Positions 28,967-39,324 of a stretch of 64,000 nt of DNA are shown piece after piece (position 1 is the stretch's first letter; every line of letters begins with the position of its first letter). Source of the stretch: Promethearchaeota archaeon (GTDB taxonomy: Archaea; Asgardarchaeota; Lokiarchaeia; Sigyniarchaeales; SOKP01); contig JBHLLT010000001.1 of assembly GCA_048938855.1 (NCBI GenBank), positions 470,541-534,540 of the forward strand, read 5' to 3'. The position numbers and the translations under genes are program-made. The notes below the pieces were generated by a model that saw only the letters and a program-made list of their open reading frames with translations, did no database searches and had not been told where the DNA came from.

Positions 28967-30601
28967 ATGACAGTCCACGGAAATCAATATCTTTTACCAT
29001 TATTTATTAGAAAAAACTCACGTCCCCTTTCAATGCAGGAGAATGACGAGTTAACTCTTGCTTTTTATTTATTATCAAAAAATTTAGAAAAAAATAGTAG
29101 AGTAATTTCTTTTTCAGGGTTACTTTGGCCAATTTTAAGTATTCAAGGAGTTATAAGTACCCATATCATGTTAGATGGATTGAATTTATTAAAAAATTTA
29201 GGACGCTTTTCTAATCCTCCTCGACAACCTTTAATAGGTCATATTCTTAGAAATATTGATAATAGAACTCAAGTTGAGCAATTAGACTTATTAAGTGATG
29301 TCTTAACGTATAAAGACAAAGAAGCTGAAGAGATTGGAGAGGGAGAAGAATCTGAATTTCATACTCTTAAAATAGATGGATTAATTAACCCAGATTTTCT
29401 TCAAACATTATTATCAATTATTCCCTTAATTGAATATAAACCCATTTCAGATTATACTGTATTAGATGTGAGTATTTCTACAGAAAATGCATTATCTCTC
29501 TCAGAAGAATACCGACAAATAATCAATACGATGAAAGGAAATGCCTATAGGTGGAAAACTCAAATTGAATTAATAGAAAAGGAAGTAAGTAAATGGCTTA
29601 TTGATTTAAATGTTCAATTAAAGGATATAGATACAAGATATTCAAGTCAAATTTCTAAAGCCACTATATCTATTGATACTCATCAGGTAGATGAACAAAC
29701 AAAATTGGAACAGGATAAAATAGATCAATGGAACGTTAATGAAAAGAAGAGAATAATTGAAAACATCTCCACATTTTTCAAAACATTTGAGCGAGAGCTT
29801 GAAGAAATAATTAAAAAGAATAGATTTTTTACTAGTGATGATTCTTTAAAAAGTAAAGTTTTTGAGGATCTAATACCTCATTTTGAAAATCAATTTAATT
29901 ATTTAACAACCGAATGCCAGAGATTTTCAGAAACCCTTACAACACTTAAACAAAAATTTTATGAATTAACGGCACGTGCTTCTCAAATAGACGATGAAGC
30001 GACCCAAAAATTGCAGCAATTTAAGGATTCTTTACAAATAAAATTAAAAGATAGAGATAAACAGTTATCTGAATTCCAAAGTGAAAAGCAAGTTAAGTTA
30101 TCCGAGCTACAGAATTTGAAAACTCAAATAGAAACTAGATTTGAAACTATTAAACAGATTATTCAGAGAAAGCAAAATATATGTTTACAAGAAGCACAAG
30201 CATTAACTAGATGGTCTCTTAATGATAATCAATCAGATCTATTTTCAAGACCTATACAATGGATTTATATGCCCGTTTATGCTATGTTTATTGAAAATGA
30301 AGATAACATGGAAGAATATATGAATATATTATTTCCAGGGTTTATAACAACTGACCCTAATAATATCTATGAAGATATTTCAGCTACTTTTGTTAGTTTA
30401 AAGAATATGTTAAAGAATAAAATGGAGAATGATATGGCTATTCGATCAAATTTTGAATTTTCATGCGAAAGGAAAAATCTAAGAAAAGATCCAAACATAA
30501 TAAAGAGATTACAACTGGGAATTTCAGTGTTAAGGGAAAAGGGACTATTAAATGAGGATAGTGAGAATCTAATTCGAGAAAATCTAAATCTTATAAAATA
30601 A
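28967..30601 (+). CDS. Coiled-coil protein of unknown function
   Basis: Central ~250 aa Q/E/K-rich heptad region flanked by globular segments (LLWP; WIYMPVY). Confidence 0.75.
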   Translation: MTVHGNQYLLPLFIRKNSRPLSMQENDELTLAFYLLSKNLEKNSRVISFSGLLWPILSIQGVISTHIMLDGLNLLKNLGRFSNPPRQPLIGHILRNIDNRTQVEQLDLLSDVLTYKDKEAEEIGEGEESEFHTLKIDGLINPDFLQTLLSIIPLIEYKPISDYTVLDVSISTENALSLSEEYRQIINTMKGNAYRWKTQIELIEKEVSKWLIDLNVQLKDIDTRYSSQISKATISIDTHQVDEQTKLEQDKIDQWNVNEKKRIIENISTFFKTFERELEEIIKKNRFFTSDDSLKSKVFEDLIPHFENQFNYLTTECQRFSETLTTLKQKFYELTARASQIDDEATQKLQQFKDSLQIKLKDRDKQLSEFQSEKQVKLSELQNLKTQIETRFETIKQIIQRKQNICLQEAQALTRWSLNDNQSDLFSRPIQWIYMPVYAMFIENEDNMEEYMNILFPGFITTDPNNIYEDISATFVSLKNMLKNKMENDMAIRSNFEFSCERKNLRKDPNIIKRLQLGISVLREKGLLNEDSENLIRENLNLIK

Positions 30602-30625
30602 TTTCGAACGTTTAAGTTTTGTATC

Positions 30626-31309
30626 ATGTCACAACCAAAATTAGAACGCAAGCGAAGATTGGATCTAAAAAAAAGAAAGATAAGGGCATTTTTTTTATCA
30701 ATCGAAACAAAGAAAAAACAAGATGAAGAAGTTGACAAGAAATCAGAGGAGCTTTACCAAGATGGCATGGTTTATATCCAAATGAGACTTCCTGTTGATA
30801 AAATCACAACAGAATTTGAAACAAAATTAAAAGAAAAAATTGAACATAATATTGTTAAAGCTAATATTAGAGAAGCTACTAATGAAGATCTTGACAGCCT
30901 AAAGCATATTTATAATCGGGCTTGGTTGACTTCAAATACTCCTTTCCGTCCTATAACTAAGACAGACCTAAAAAAAATACTTGAATATCCAGAAACTGTC
31001 TTTCTTATTGGGAAAATATATGGAACAGATGCTTCTTTTCTACTTCTAGATTTTGAAGGAGAAAATAAAGAATTTGCTATTATAGCAGCTTTAGCAGTTA
31101 TCCCTAGATTTCAAAGAAGAGGGGTTGGTACCATTTTAGGGATGGCTAGTTGGCAGTACCTAAAAGAACACTTTCCAAATGTAAAAGAAGTCAGATGTGA
31201 AGTATATAAAGATAATAAAGTATCTTATTCGTTCATAAAAGGTTTAGGATTTGAAGAATATGATACCAAGATTTATAAAAAGGAAGATTTTGAAATTCAA
31301 GAACAATAA
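30626..31309 (+). CDS. GNAT family N-acetyltransferase
   Basis: IREAT, LAVIPRFQRRGVG (motif A), N..SYSFIKGLGF. Confidence 0.88.
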   Translation: MSQPKLERKRRLDLKKRKIRAFFLSIETKKKQDEEVDKKSEELYQDGMVYIQMRLPVDKITTEFETKLKEKIEHNIVKANIREATNEDLDSLKHIYNRAWLTSNTPFRPITKTDLKKILEYPETVFLIGKIYGTDASFLLLDFEGENKEFAIIAALAVIPRFQRRGVGTILGMASWQYLKEHFPNVKEVRCEVYKDNKVSYSFIKGLGFEEYDTKIYKKEDFEIQEQ

Positions 31310-31313
31310 TTAT

Positions 31314-32735
31314 CTAATTTTCTAATGATTTGATTTTTTCAGTTATTAAATTCAGATTGTATTCATCCTGAATATTTTGATAAAAGTTACGAGCTCTCTC
31401 AAAATACGATAAAGCGGTTTCAATCATTCTTTTATTAACATATATATCCCCCAATTTTTGAAGAATAACAGCACTTTCTTTATAATATTCAGATTCTTCA
31501 TAGATTTCTAATGCTTCTTCAAAAAAATTTATAGTGTATGTTGTATCTTCTTCATATTCTAAATATATTTTCCCAATTTTATATTTAAGTTCTGCACTTT
31601 TAATATTATCTCCGAATTTATAAAAAATTTCACGAGATAAATCATAATATTCAATAGCTCGCTTAAATTCTCCATTTGATAAGTATAATTCCGCCAAATT
31701 TTCTAAAATTTCACCTTCTTTAATGTTATCACCAATTTCAAAAGCACGAACAGCTTCAAGACTTTGTAAAAATAGATCTTCTGCTTTAGTATTATTATCT
31801 CTTAAATGGTAAATTTTGCCAAGGTATAAATAACATTCCCATTCTAATTTTGCCTTTATATAAACAGAAATATTTTCCCCTAATGCATCAACTAATTCTA
31901 ATGCTTTAGTTAAATGATTATATGACTCTTCATAATCTTCATCCATCAAATAATGCAATTTCCCATATTTTATCTCTGTTTGTATAATTCCATAGATATC
32001 TTCTTTTTCTTTAAAGAACTCAAGATTTCTTTCTAATATTTTTCTTATTCGATCATAGTTTTTTAATAGATAAAGAACTTCAACCAAATTGCTAGAGGAT
32101 TTTATCTCATCAAATATCAAATTTTCCTGTTTAGAAAGTTTAAAAGCTTTCTGATAATATTGATAAGAATTCTCTAAATCCTTAAGTAAGAAATATATAT
32201 TGCCCAAATTGTTGAGTATTTTAATTATTTTCGAATAATCTTCTAATTTTTCTAGAATTTCGAGAGATCTATTAAAATGATAAATTGCTTGATCAAAAAG
32301 ACCATTATCTTCATTTATTATTCCTAGTTCGTTGTGACATATAGCCTCATTAAGCAAATCATTCTCATCTCTAAAAATTTTTAATGCAGATTCAAGGTTT
32401 TTTGAGGCATTTGTTAAATCTCTCTTTTTATAATATAATCCTGATTTTTCTAAAAATAATGTTCCTGAGATTGGTTCTCCAAGGATTTCTTTACGCTCTA
32501 TGGTTTCATCAATTTTTTTTATTTTTTGATCTATTTCTTCATCCTCTATTATAGTTGTTTCGTATTCTTGTTCATCTTCTTCCACATCTAAGTGATAAAT
32601 CTCTGATTCATCATAGGGAAATCTCACATTTCCATTTAATGGGTCTTCAAGGTTCACGAGTAATGGTTTATTACAATTTCTACAATATGACCAATTTTCT
32701 TGAATAGGATTGTTACAGTATGGGCATGATTTCAT
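31314..32735 (-). CDS. Zinc-ribbon plus TPR-repeat protein
   Basis: N-terminal CPYC-x10-CRNC, acidic linker, multiple TPRs (NELG..N...G.FDQAI; NNLGNIY). Confidence 0.85.
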   Translation of the reverse strand: MKSCPYCNNPIQENWSYCRNCNKPLLVNLEDPLNGNVRFPYDESEIYHLDVEEDEQEYETTIIEDEEIDQKIKKIDETIERKEILGEPISGTLFLEKSGLYYKKRDLTNASKNLESALKIFRDENDLLNEAICHNELGIINEDNGLFDQAIYHFNRSLEILEKLEDYSKIIKILNNLGNIYFLLKDLENSYQYYQKAFKLSKQENLIFDEIKSSSNLVEVLYLLKNYDRIRKILERNLEFFKEKEDIYGIIQTEIKYGKLHYLMDEDYEESYNHLTKALELVDALGENISVYIKAKLEWECYLYLGKIYHLRDNNTKAEDLFLQSLEAVRAFEIGDNIKEGEILENLAELYLSNGEFKRAIEYYDLSREIFYKFGDNIKSAELKYKIGKIYLEYEEDTTYTINFFEEALEIYEESEYYKESAVILQKLGDIYVNKRMIETALSYFERARNFYQNIQDEYNLNLITEKIKSLEN

Positions 32736-32883
32736 AAGTGAAGAAACTCTTGGCGATATTAAAGACTTTTAATAAAGAAATGAAAATAACGTTATTTATT
32801 TTTAATCACTATCTATTTGAAGATTAATATTACTAATCCTTTCCAAAATATATGAATAATTGAGAATTTTCAACCAAAATATT

Positions 32884-33600
32884 CTACTTTATTCCTCTAA
32901 TTAGAGGTACTGCATCATAAATTTGATGTATTTCATAATCAGGTTGAATTTTTTTCAATTTTGGAGAATTCGAATCATTTATCCATATTGTTAACATATT
33001 ACTCTCTTGAGCTCCCTTAATATCTGTTTCCAACAGATCTCCAATATGAATTGCATTTTGTGGTTTGCATTTGATTTTATTTAAAGCTGTTTCAAACATG
33101 ATAGGGTTAGGTTTATAAAAACCTGTTTCATCTGAGAAAATTGTAAATTTGAAATATTTATCAATATTATAATTGACGAAGATTTTCCTAATGACATGAC
33201 CAGGAGTAATTCCTGTATTTGAAATTAACCCAATATTATAAGTCTCTGATAAATCCTGAAGTGTTCTTTTCACACCAATCTTCAAGAAAGGAGGATCGTG
33301 CAACATTATTTCTTCAAATTGTATTTCAATTTTCTTACTATGAGATTGAGTGATATTAATATTCAGAGCTTGTAGTAATCTTGAAATTCGCTCACGTGTA
33401 TATATATGACGATAGTTAATATCTTTCAAATTTCCATCCGATAAATGGAAAGTTTTATTAAATGCGTTGTTAACAGCTTTGAGCGAATATGATATCTGAT
33501 TTTTTGTTAAATATTGAGTAAAATAATATAACCTTAAATCCTTATACGATTTGTTTTCAAATAATGTATTCCATAGATCAAAAGTAACTAATTTTATCAT
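32884..33600 (-). CDS. HAD-family hydrolase
   Basis: FDLWNTL, ISNT, KPNP, HIGDLLETDI.GA. Confidence 0.9.
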   Translation of the reverse strand: MIKLVTFDLWNTLFENKSYKDLRLYYFTQYLTKNQISYSLKAVNNAFNKTFHLSDGNLKDINYRHIYTRERISRLLQALNINITQSHSKKIEIQFEEIMLHDPPFLKIGVKRTLQDLSETYNIGLISNTGITPGHVIRKIFVNYNIDKYFKFTIFSDETGFYKPNPIMFETALNKIKCKPQNAIHIGDLLETDIKGAQESNMLTIWINDSNSPKLKKIQPDYEIHQIYDAVPLIRGIK

Positions 33601-33773
33601 CTTCTCTACAATTCTTAAAATATTTGATAATTTATTACATTTTTAGGAGCATCTTTCTTTAAGTATTATCAGGATTTTTTTACATTTTAGTAAAATTTAT
33701 ATTCTCAATTTACTTAATATTTTCAATTCAAAGATAGTAAATCCAATTTATTAATTGAAATGGAGGTAAAATT

Positions 33774-34079
33774 ATGCCCAAATTTTTAGTTATACATCCT
33801 ATACCCAGAAATGTAATGGAAGGGATGAGTGAAATACCACCTGAAGAGAATAAGCAAATCATCGAATTACGTTCCTATTGTTCTATTGATGCATATTGGA
33901 TTAAGTCATTCTATGTCCCAGAATTAGAAAAATTATTCTGTGAATGGAATGCAAAAGATACTGAAACAATCAAAGAAGCACTCGATAAAGTTGAATGGCT
34001 CGCAACAGAAGGAATTTATGAGATGAGTGTAATAGAAGCAGAAGACTTCAGGGAAAAAGTACAGGAAATAACAGTTTGA
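33774..34079 (+). CDS. DUF4242 / SCO4226-like small protein
   Basis: MPKFLVIH...WIKSFY...KLFCEWNAKD pattern; GGAGG RBS upstream. Confidence 0.7.
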   Translation: MPKFLVIHPIPRNVMEGMSEIPPEENKQIIELRSYCSIDAYWIKSFYVPELEKLFCEWNAKDTETIKEALDKVEWLATEGIYEMSVIEAEDFREKVQEITV

Positions 34080-34086
34080 TTTATTA

Positions 34087-35493
34087 CTACAATGTCATCA
34101 AAAATTTAGTTAAACCATTTGTAAATACTGAAAAAGCAACGTTTCTAAACCACCAGAATTTCGGATTGAATAAGAATCTCAATAATCTCTTTCCAAAGAG
34201 AAAAAATCCGATATCATTGTAAAAAAATCTGTAGCTCTCGTCAACTAATTCTTGGATTTCATCACGACCCATATCCGGAGTATTCATAATTGCTTTAATA
34301 TTCCATTTTTCCCATTTAAAATCTTTAGTGATCCATCCTTTTTCCACAGCATTATCATAAAGTGGAGTTCCTGGAAAAGGAGTAATAGGACAAGTCATCA
34401 TTAGATCAATATCTAATTCTTTCATTAATTTAAATGTTCTCCACGTATCTTTGGTATTTTCTCCGATATTCCCAATAATGAAAGATCCGAAAACCATAAT
34501 TCCATTCTTATGGCATAAATTAATAGCTTTTCGGACTTTATCAAGTGTATATTGTTTCTCCATATTATTTAAGGACATTTGTTTGAAACTTTCAAATCCT
34601 ATAAAAAAACACATAAAACCTGCATTAGCCATAGCTTTTACCATATCTGGGTTATTAGCAATATCATCTACTCTTGATTGACAAACGAACATTAAGCGTT
34701 TACTCAATTTTGTTTTTTCTAAAAGCTCACATATTCTCATAACTCGCTTCTTCTGCAAACTGAAATTATCGTCTGTAAAAAATACGAGTTTTGTCGTATC
34801 TGGAACTTTTAATAATTCTTCAATTACTCTTTCGGGAGATTTGGTTCGGTATCTACCTTTATGAAATTGAGTAACACAACAAAAATTGCATTTAAATGGG
34901 CAGCCTCTTGAAGTTTCACATACCCAAGCTGGAACCCATATATAATGATAAGGATTAGATTCGACTAAATCATTACGAGGAAATGGTAATCGGTCTAAAT
35001 TCTTAATTAAGGGTCTATCTGGATTATGAAATATAGTTCCATTTTCTTTATAAGAAAGTCCTAGAATTTGATCTTTTGGCTTATTTTCCAGCAATTCTCT
35101 AAAAGTAATATCCCCCTCTCCTCGACAGATCATATCAATACAATCAAATTCATCTATGATATTAGGAACCAATGTGGGGTGAAATCCCCCCAAAATAGTC
35201 GGGATGGAGTTTCTTTTAGCAATTTTACATATCTTCAATACAATTCCAAAGGTATTAGTCATACATGTTATTCCAATCAAATCAAATTGCCGTATTTTTT
35301 CCTCTAATTTATTAATTCCGCAAGAATGGTCAGCATTTAGATCAAGTATTTCAATATGGTGATTAAGATCTCTGACAGCTCCCGCTAGTGTTAATAGTGA
35401 TAATGGGGGACTACACATGACTTTCCCCATTCCCTCTCCAATTTGAAATGGAGGATATATTAATAAAATTTTCATTTTAAAGCGTAACTGCAT
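34087..35493 (-). CDS. B12-binding-domain radical SAM protein
   Basis: PPLSLL.LA, LGGFHPT, RGEGD, TSRGCPFKCNFC, DDNF, IGFES, TPFPGT. Confidence 0.92.
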   Translation of the reverse strand: MQLRFKMKILLIYPPFQIGEGMGKVMCSPPLSLLTLAGAVRDLNHHIEILDLNADHSCGINKLEEKIRQFDLIGITCMTNTFGIVLKICKIAKRNSIPTILGGFHPTLVPNIIDEFDCIDMICRGEGDITFRELLENKPKDQILGLSYKENGTIFHNPDRPLIKNLDRLPFPRNDLVESNPYHYIWVPAWVCETSRGCPFKCNFCCVTQFHKGRYRTKSPERVIEELLKVPDTTKLVFFTDDNFSLQKKRVMRICELLEKTKLSKRLMFVCQSRVDDIANNPDMVKAMANAGFMCFFIGFESFKQMSLNNMEKQYTLDKVRKAINLCHKNGIMVFGSFIIGNIGENTKDTWRTFKLMKELDIDLMMTCPITPFPGTPLYDNAVEKGWITKDFKWEKWNIKAIMNTPDMGRDEIQELVDESYRFFYNDIGFFLFGKRLLRFLFNPKFWWFRNVAFSVFTNGLTKFLMTL

Positions 35494-35675
35494 AAAATTA
35501 ATTTTTTATAATTAATAATTTGTTAATTCTATATAAGCTTTGTTGTTTCTACATAGCTCAAAATCCTTGATAATCTGATTGATATAACATTTCAATAACA
35601 TTTCAAGAAACTTCGACACATACTTTTTATTATAAAAATAGTTAAAAAGGATCTTAATTAAACAAAAGTAAAAAG

Positions 35676-35831
35676 GTGATTTTACTGGACGCAAAATTAT
35701 TTAAAAAAACATTTCCTTATATTTGTGAGGATTGTGGTGAATTTGCGCACACATTACATAAATTTTGTGATAAATGTGGTGCGAATGCTCTAAGGAAAGC
35801 TAGTAATAAGGATTACAAAAACCATAACTAA
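35676..35831 (+). CDS. 51-aa zinc-ribbon microprotein (not in ORF track)
   Basis: GTG start: MILLDAKLFKKTFPYICEDCGEFAHTLHKFCDKCGANALRKASNKDYKNHN, with CxxCG-x9-CxxCG. Confidence 0.75.
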   Translation: MILLDAKLFKKTFPYICEDCGEFAHTLHKFCDKCGANALRKASNKDYKNHN

Positions 35832-35882
35832 AAGTAATAGATTTATTTTTGTTAAATTTTTTTTTTCTTTATTAAAACTAAT

Positions 35883-36800
35883 TCAATTTAGAGTTTTTTC
35901 AAATTCTTTAAGTTCTTCATTTATCTGTAAGTCATTTAAACCCAATGACTGTAAAAGAATTTTAAGTTGAACAATAGCATTATTAGCTTTAATGTTCTTA
36001 GCAATATGGAGTGCCCTAATAAATTGATTTTTAGCCTCTTTAATTCTCCCTAAATAAAAGAGTGTTTCCGCTGCATAGCTAAGACCACGCAAAATCAGTT
36101 CCGCATAGTTTCCGTCAATCGCTACATTAGTCCCTTTTTTGAAGTAGATAAGAGCTTTTTCAAGATAGTTGTTTTTCTTTTGAAGAATTCCCAAATTAAA
36201 ATATGAAGTGATAATTCCCTTTCTATCATTAATTTCTTTAAATCCTTTTAATGATTTTTTATAGAGATCAAATACAACATCCCATTTTTCATTATTTTCA
36301 TAAATGTAAATTAAATTTCCCAAACAGTCCAATAAATTATATTTATCATTGTTATCGGAGCAAATTGCACTACAATCCAGAAAGATGTTTGAAGCTTCAT
36401 CAAATCTATTTAATTTAAGATAATTATTTCCTATTCCTTTTAAACATATAATCTGTTCTTGAACCTGTTTTAATTCCTTATAAATACTATAGGCTTTTTC
36501 ATAAGATTCAGAAGATTTCTCATAGTTACCTTGTTTGAAATATAATGTCCCTAACACTCCATAAACAGCAGCTTGACCAAATCTGTCTTTTTGTTTCTTA
36601 AAATGTTTTAAACAGATTAAATAATTATGTTCTGATTCTATATAATTTTTCAATTGGAGTTGAATTAGAGCAATATCGCTTAATTCTTTAATATAATTTG
36701 CGTCTTTTCCAATCTGTTCTAATTCTTTTAAATTTTCCTTTTTTTTTTCTAATAAATCAGCTAATTCTTCTTTATTAGGCTCTTTTTCATTTTCTAACAT
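35883..36800 (-). CDS. TPR-repeat protein
   Basis: Repeated LG..Y...G.Y..A/S..Y..A helical pairs. Confidence 0.85.
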   Translation of the reverse strand: MLENEKEPNKEELADLLEKKKENLKELEQIGKDANYIKELSDIALIQLQLKNYIESEHNYLICLKHFKKQKDRFGQAAVYGVLGTLYFKQGNYEKSSESYEKAYSIYKELKQVQEQIICLKGIGNNYLKLNRFDEASNIFLDCSAICSDNNDKYNLLDCLGNLIYIYENNEKWDVVFDLYKKSLKGFKEINDRKGIITSYFNLGILQKKNNYLEKALIYFKKGTNVAIDGNYAELILRGLSYAAETLFYLGRIKEAKNQFIRALHIAKNIKANNAIVQLKILLQSLGLNDLQINEELKEFEKTLN

Positions 36801-36837
36801 AAGTAATTGGGGGGGCTATTATCTCAAATTTATATCT

Positions 36838-37275
36838 TTATATATTTAACTCTTCCAAGATTTCTACAGCATTCTTTACGTATTGTAGACACTTTCTTTC
36901 AAATAATTCATTTTGGCTGAAATACTCTTTTCCTTCGGGGGTATTAATATCACAGCCAAGTAATTCTTTGCACATCAAAGAACCATTAATTTCCTGAAAT
37001 TTATTAGAAAAATTTCTTATAATTTGATATGTATTTTCTTTGGCATTAACATTTTTATTAACACCCATCCCATGTTTTAAACCAATAGCCATAAAGGCAC
37101 CGGTTACTGCACCACATGTATTTCCAAGGCGCCCCATTCCTCCTCCAAAACCGGTTGCTATTTTTAAAGCTATGTTTTGATCTAATCCATATTTAGTACT
37201 AAAAGTACTCAATACTGATTGAGCACAGTTAAAATCTTCTTTAAAGCGGGAAAGAGCGTTTTTTACTTTTGACAT
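36838..37275 (-). CDS. C_GCAxxG_C_C family putative redox protein
   Basis: FNCAQSV, GFGGGMG, TCGAVTG, MCKEL, KC. Confidence 0.92.
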   Translation of the reverse strand: MSKVKNALSRFKEDFNCAQSVLSTFSTKYGLDQNIALKIATGFGGGMGRLGNTCGAVTGAFMAIGLKHGMGVNKNVNAKENTYQIIRNFSNKFQEINGSLMCKELLGCDINTPEGKEYFSQNELFERKCLQYVKNAVEILEELNI

Positions 37276-37386
37276 TTTACAGACCTTCTTTTATTTTTAA
37301 TTTAAAAATATAAGAAATATAACATTTCTTATCTATTATATATTTAGAGATAGATTTAGAATATTATGTGAAATAAGGAATTTTTT

Positions 37387-38499
37387 ATGAAATTAAAAGC
37401 AAGATTATTCGATAAACTTGATGATAAAAAAGTTAGATGCCATGTATGTGCAAATGAATGTATAGTTTTACCAGATAAAGTGGGAATCTGTAGAACAAGA
37501 AAGAATTTTGATGGAGAATTATTTACACTTATATATGGTTCACTTATTTCCGCTGGAAGTCTGGATCCTATTGAGAAGAAACCTCTTTATAATTTTTGGC
37601 CAGGTGCTACAGCATATTCAATTGCATCAATCGGATGTTCTTTCAAATGCCAGAATTGCCAGAATTGGAATATATCACAAGCAAATCCAACGGACAATGG
37701 AAAAGATGGATTTTATAATCTTACGGGGTATGAAAACCGTGGAATGTCATTAGTTGAAATGACTCCTGAGCAATTAGAAAAAAGAGTGGTAAAGAGTGGA
37801 GCAAAAACTCTTGCTTATACATATAATGAACCATTAATATGGCACGAATGGATTCTGGATACGGTACCTTTGCTTAAAAAACATAACATTAAAACTATTT
37901 TAGTTACTAACGGATATTCCACTCCAGAAGCAACAAATGAATTGATTGAAGTAGGAATCGATGCTGCAAATATTGATATTAAAGCTATGTCTGATGATTT
38001 TTATAAGAAGATATGCGGTGTAACGTCTGTTAAACCCGTCTTAGATACCGCTAAACGATTTAAATCTAATGGTATTCATGTAGAAATCACAAACTTAATT
38101 ATACCAGATTTAAATGATAGTACTGAAGATATCCAAAAATTGTGTGATTGGATTGTAGATAATCTAGGAAAAAATACTCCGACTCACTTTTCCGCTTATC
38201 ACCCTGATTTCAAAATGCCATCAATGAAACGTACTCCTTATGAAACATTAAACAAGGCATATACTATTGCTAAAGAGACCGGTCTTTTCTTCCCATACGT
38301 AGGAAATATAGCTCATGATAAAGGAAGTAATACCTATTGTCCAAATTGTGATTATTTATTAATGGAAAGGCGAGGTTATAGCTTTAAAAAGATCGAAGTA
38401 ACAGATGAAAATAAATGCCCAAATTGCTCTTATGAGTTAAATAATGATATTATTGGGAAAATTAATAAACATCCTTCACACAGATATACTTTCATCTAA
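37387..38499 (+). CDS. amrS: AmmeMemoRadiSam system radical SAM enzyme
   Basis: CHVC..EC, GIC.TR, DPIEKKPLY.F.PG, GCSFKCQNCQNW.ISQ, YTYNEP, TYCPNC. Confidence 0.92.
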   Translation: MKLKARLFDKLDDKKVRCHVCANECIVLPDKVGICRTRKNFDGELFTLIYGSLISAGSLDPIEKKPLYNFWPGATAYSIASIGCSFKCQNCQNWNISQANPTDNGKDGFYNLTGYENRGMSLVEMTPEQLEKRVVKSGAKTLAYTYNEPLIWHEWILDTVPLLKKHNIKTILVTNGYSTPEATNELIEVGIDAANIDIKAMSDDFYKKICGVTSVKPVLDTAKRFKSNGIHVEITNLIIPDLNDSTEDIQKLCDWIVDNLGKNTPTHFSAYHPDFKMPSMKRTPYETLNKAYTIAKETGLFFPYVGNIAHDKGSNTYCPNCDYLLMERRGYSFKKIEVTDENKCPNCSYELNNDIIGKINKHPSHRYTFI

Positions 38500-38561
38500 A
38501 GAAATTACATTCATCTTAACTAATTTGATTTTGTAAAAAAAATATAATGAAAAAAAAAGAT

Positions 38562-39209
38562 TTAGAACAGATATCCTATTGAAATTCCAAATACTAAAAC
38601 TAAGAATCCTTGAAGAAAACAGAATGCTGCAACAATAAAAGCTATAGGAGGCCATGAGATAAATTTTGAAATTTTCATTAACCCTCCAATATAGAATTTT
38701 GCTGTAAGTGCAATTATAGCAAAAATTATTATAAACAATATAACAAAGAATACAGTTGGATTCATGAATAATCCAATGACTACATAAGCTGCTGCGGGCA
38801 TTACCATTACAAGAACTAATACTACAGCACTTCCTGCTAAAAGTCCAACAACGCTAGCTATCGGAAGATCATTAATAGGTTTTAAAAGCGTAAGAATTCC
38901 AAAAATTATCAGTATAGCCGAGGTAAAAATGCTTACTTCTCCACTTATAAAGGCTATACTTGGTGGTACATTTTCCATTAACCCACCAACCCCACTTAAT
39001 ATTGCTAAGATACCAATAATGAGACCCAAATAAGTGAGAACTTTTAGGAATTTAGTCACTTTCATATCCCAATCTTCTGTCTTTCGCTTCTTTACAGATC
39101 CTCGTCTCTTAGCTTCATATATGCCGAAAATTAACCACATAATCCCTAAGATCAAAACAAAAAAACCAGCCATCCGTCCAAAGAATGCCATAAAATTTTG
39201 AAAAATCAC
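38562..39209 (-). CDS. Multi-pass membrane protein of unknown function
   Basis: 215 aa with about 6 hydrophobic helices. Confidence 0.7.
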   Translation of the reverse strand: MIFQNFMAFFGRMAGFFVLILGIMWLIFGIYEAKRRGSVKKRKTEDWDMKVTKFLKVLTYLGLIIGILAILSGVGGLMENVPPSIAFISGEVSIFTSAILIIFGILTLLKPINDLPIASVVGLLAGSAVVLVLVMVMPAAAYVVIGLFMNPTVFFVILFIIIFAIIALTAKFYIGGLMKISKFISWPPIAFIVAAFCFLQGFLVLVFGISIGYLF

Positions 39210-39324
39210 TATATTTCACTCCTTTATTTTGTTAAGTTTATGATGAAATTATTTTATTATTATATATTTATTTTGCTTTAAAATTCTAATGTAGTCCAAT
39301 AATTAAAAACGTAGTAAGAAAAGC

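Noticed and set aside
35512-35694. 60-aa minus-strand ORF in the track
   Set aside because: Low-complexity promoter DNA; it overlaps the start of the better-supported plus-strand Zn-ribbon ORF
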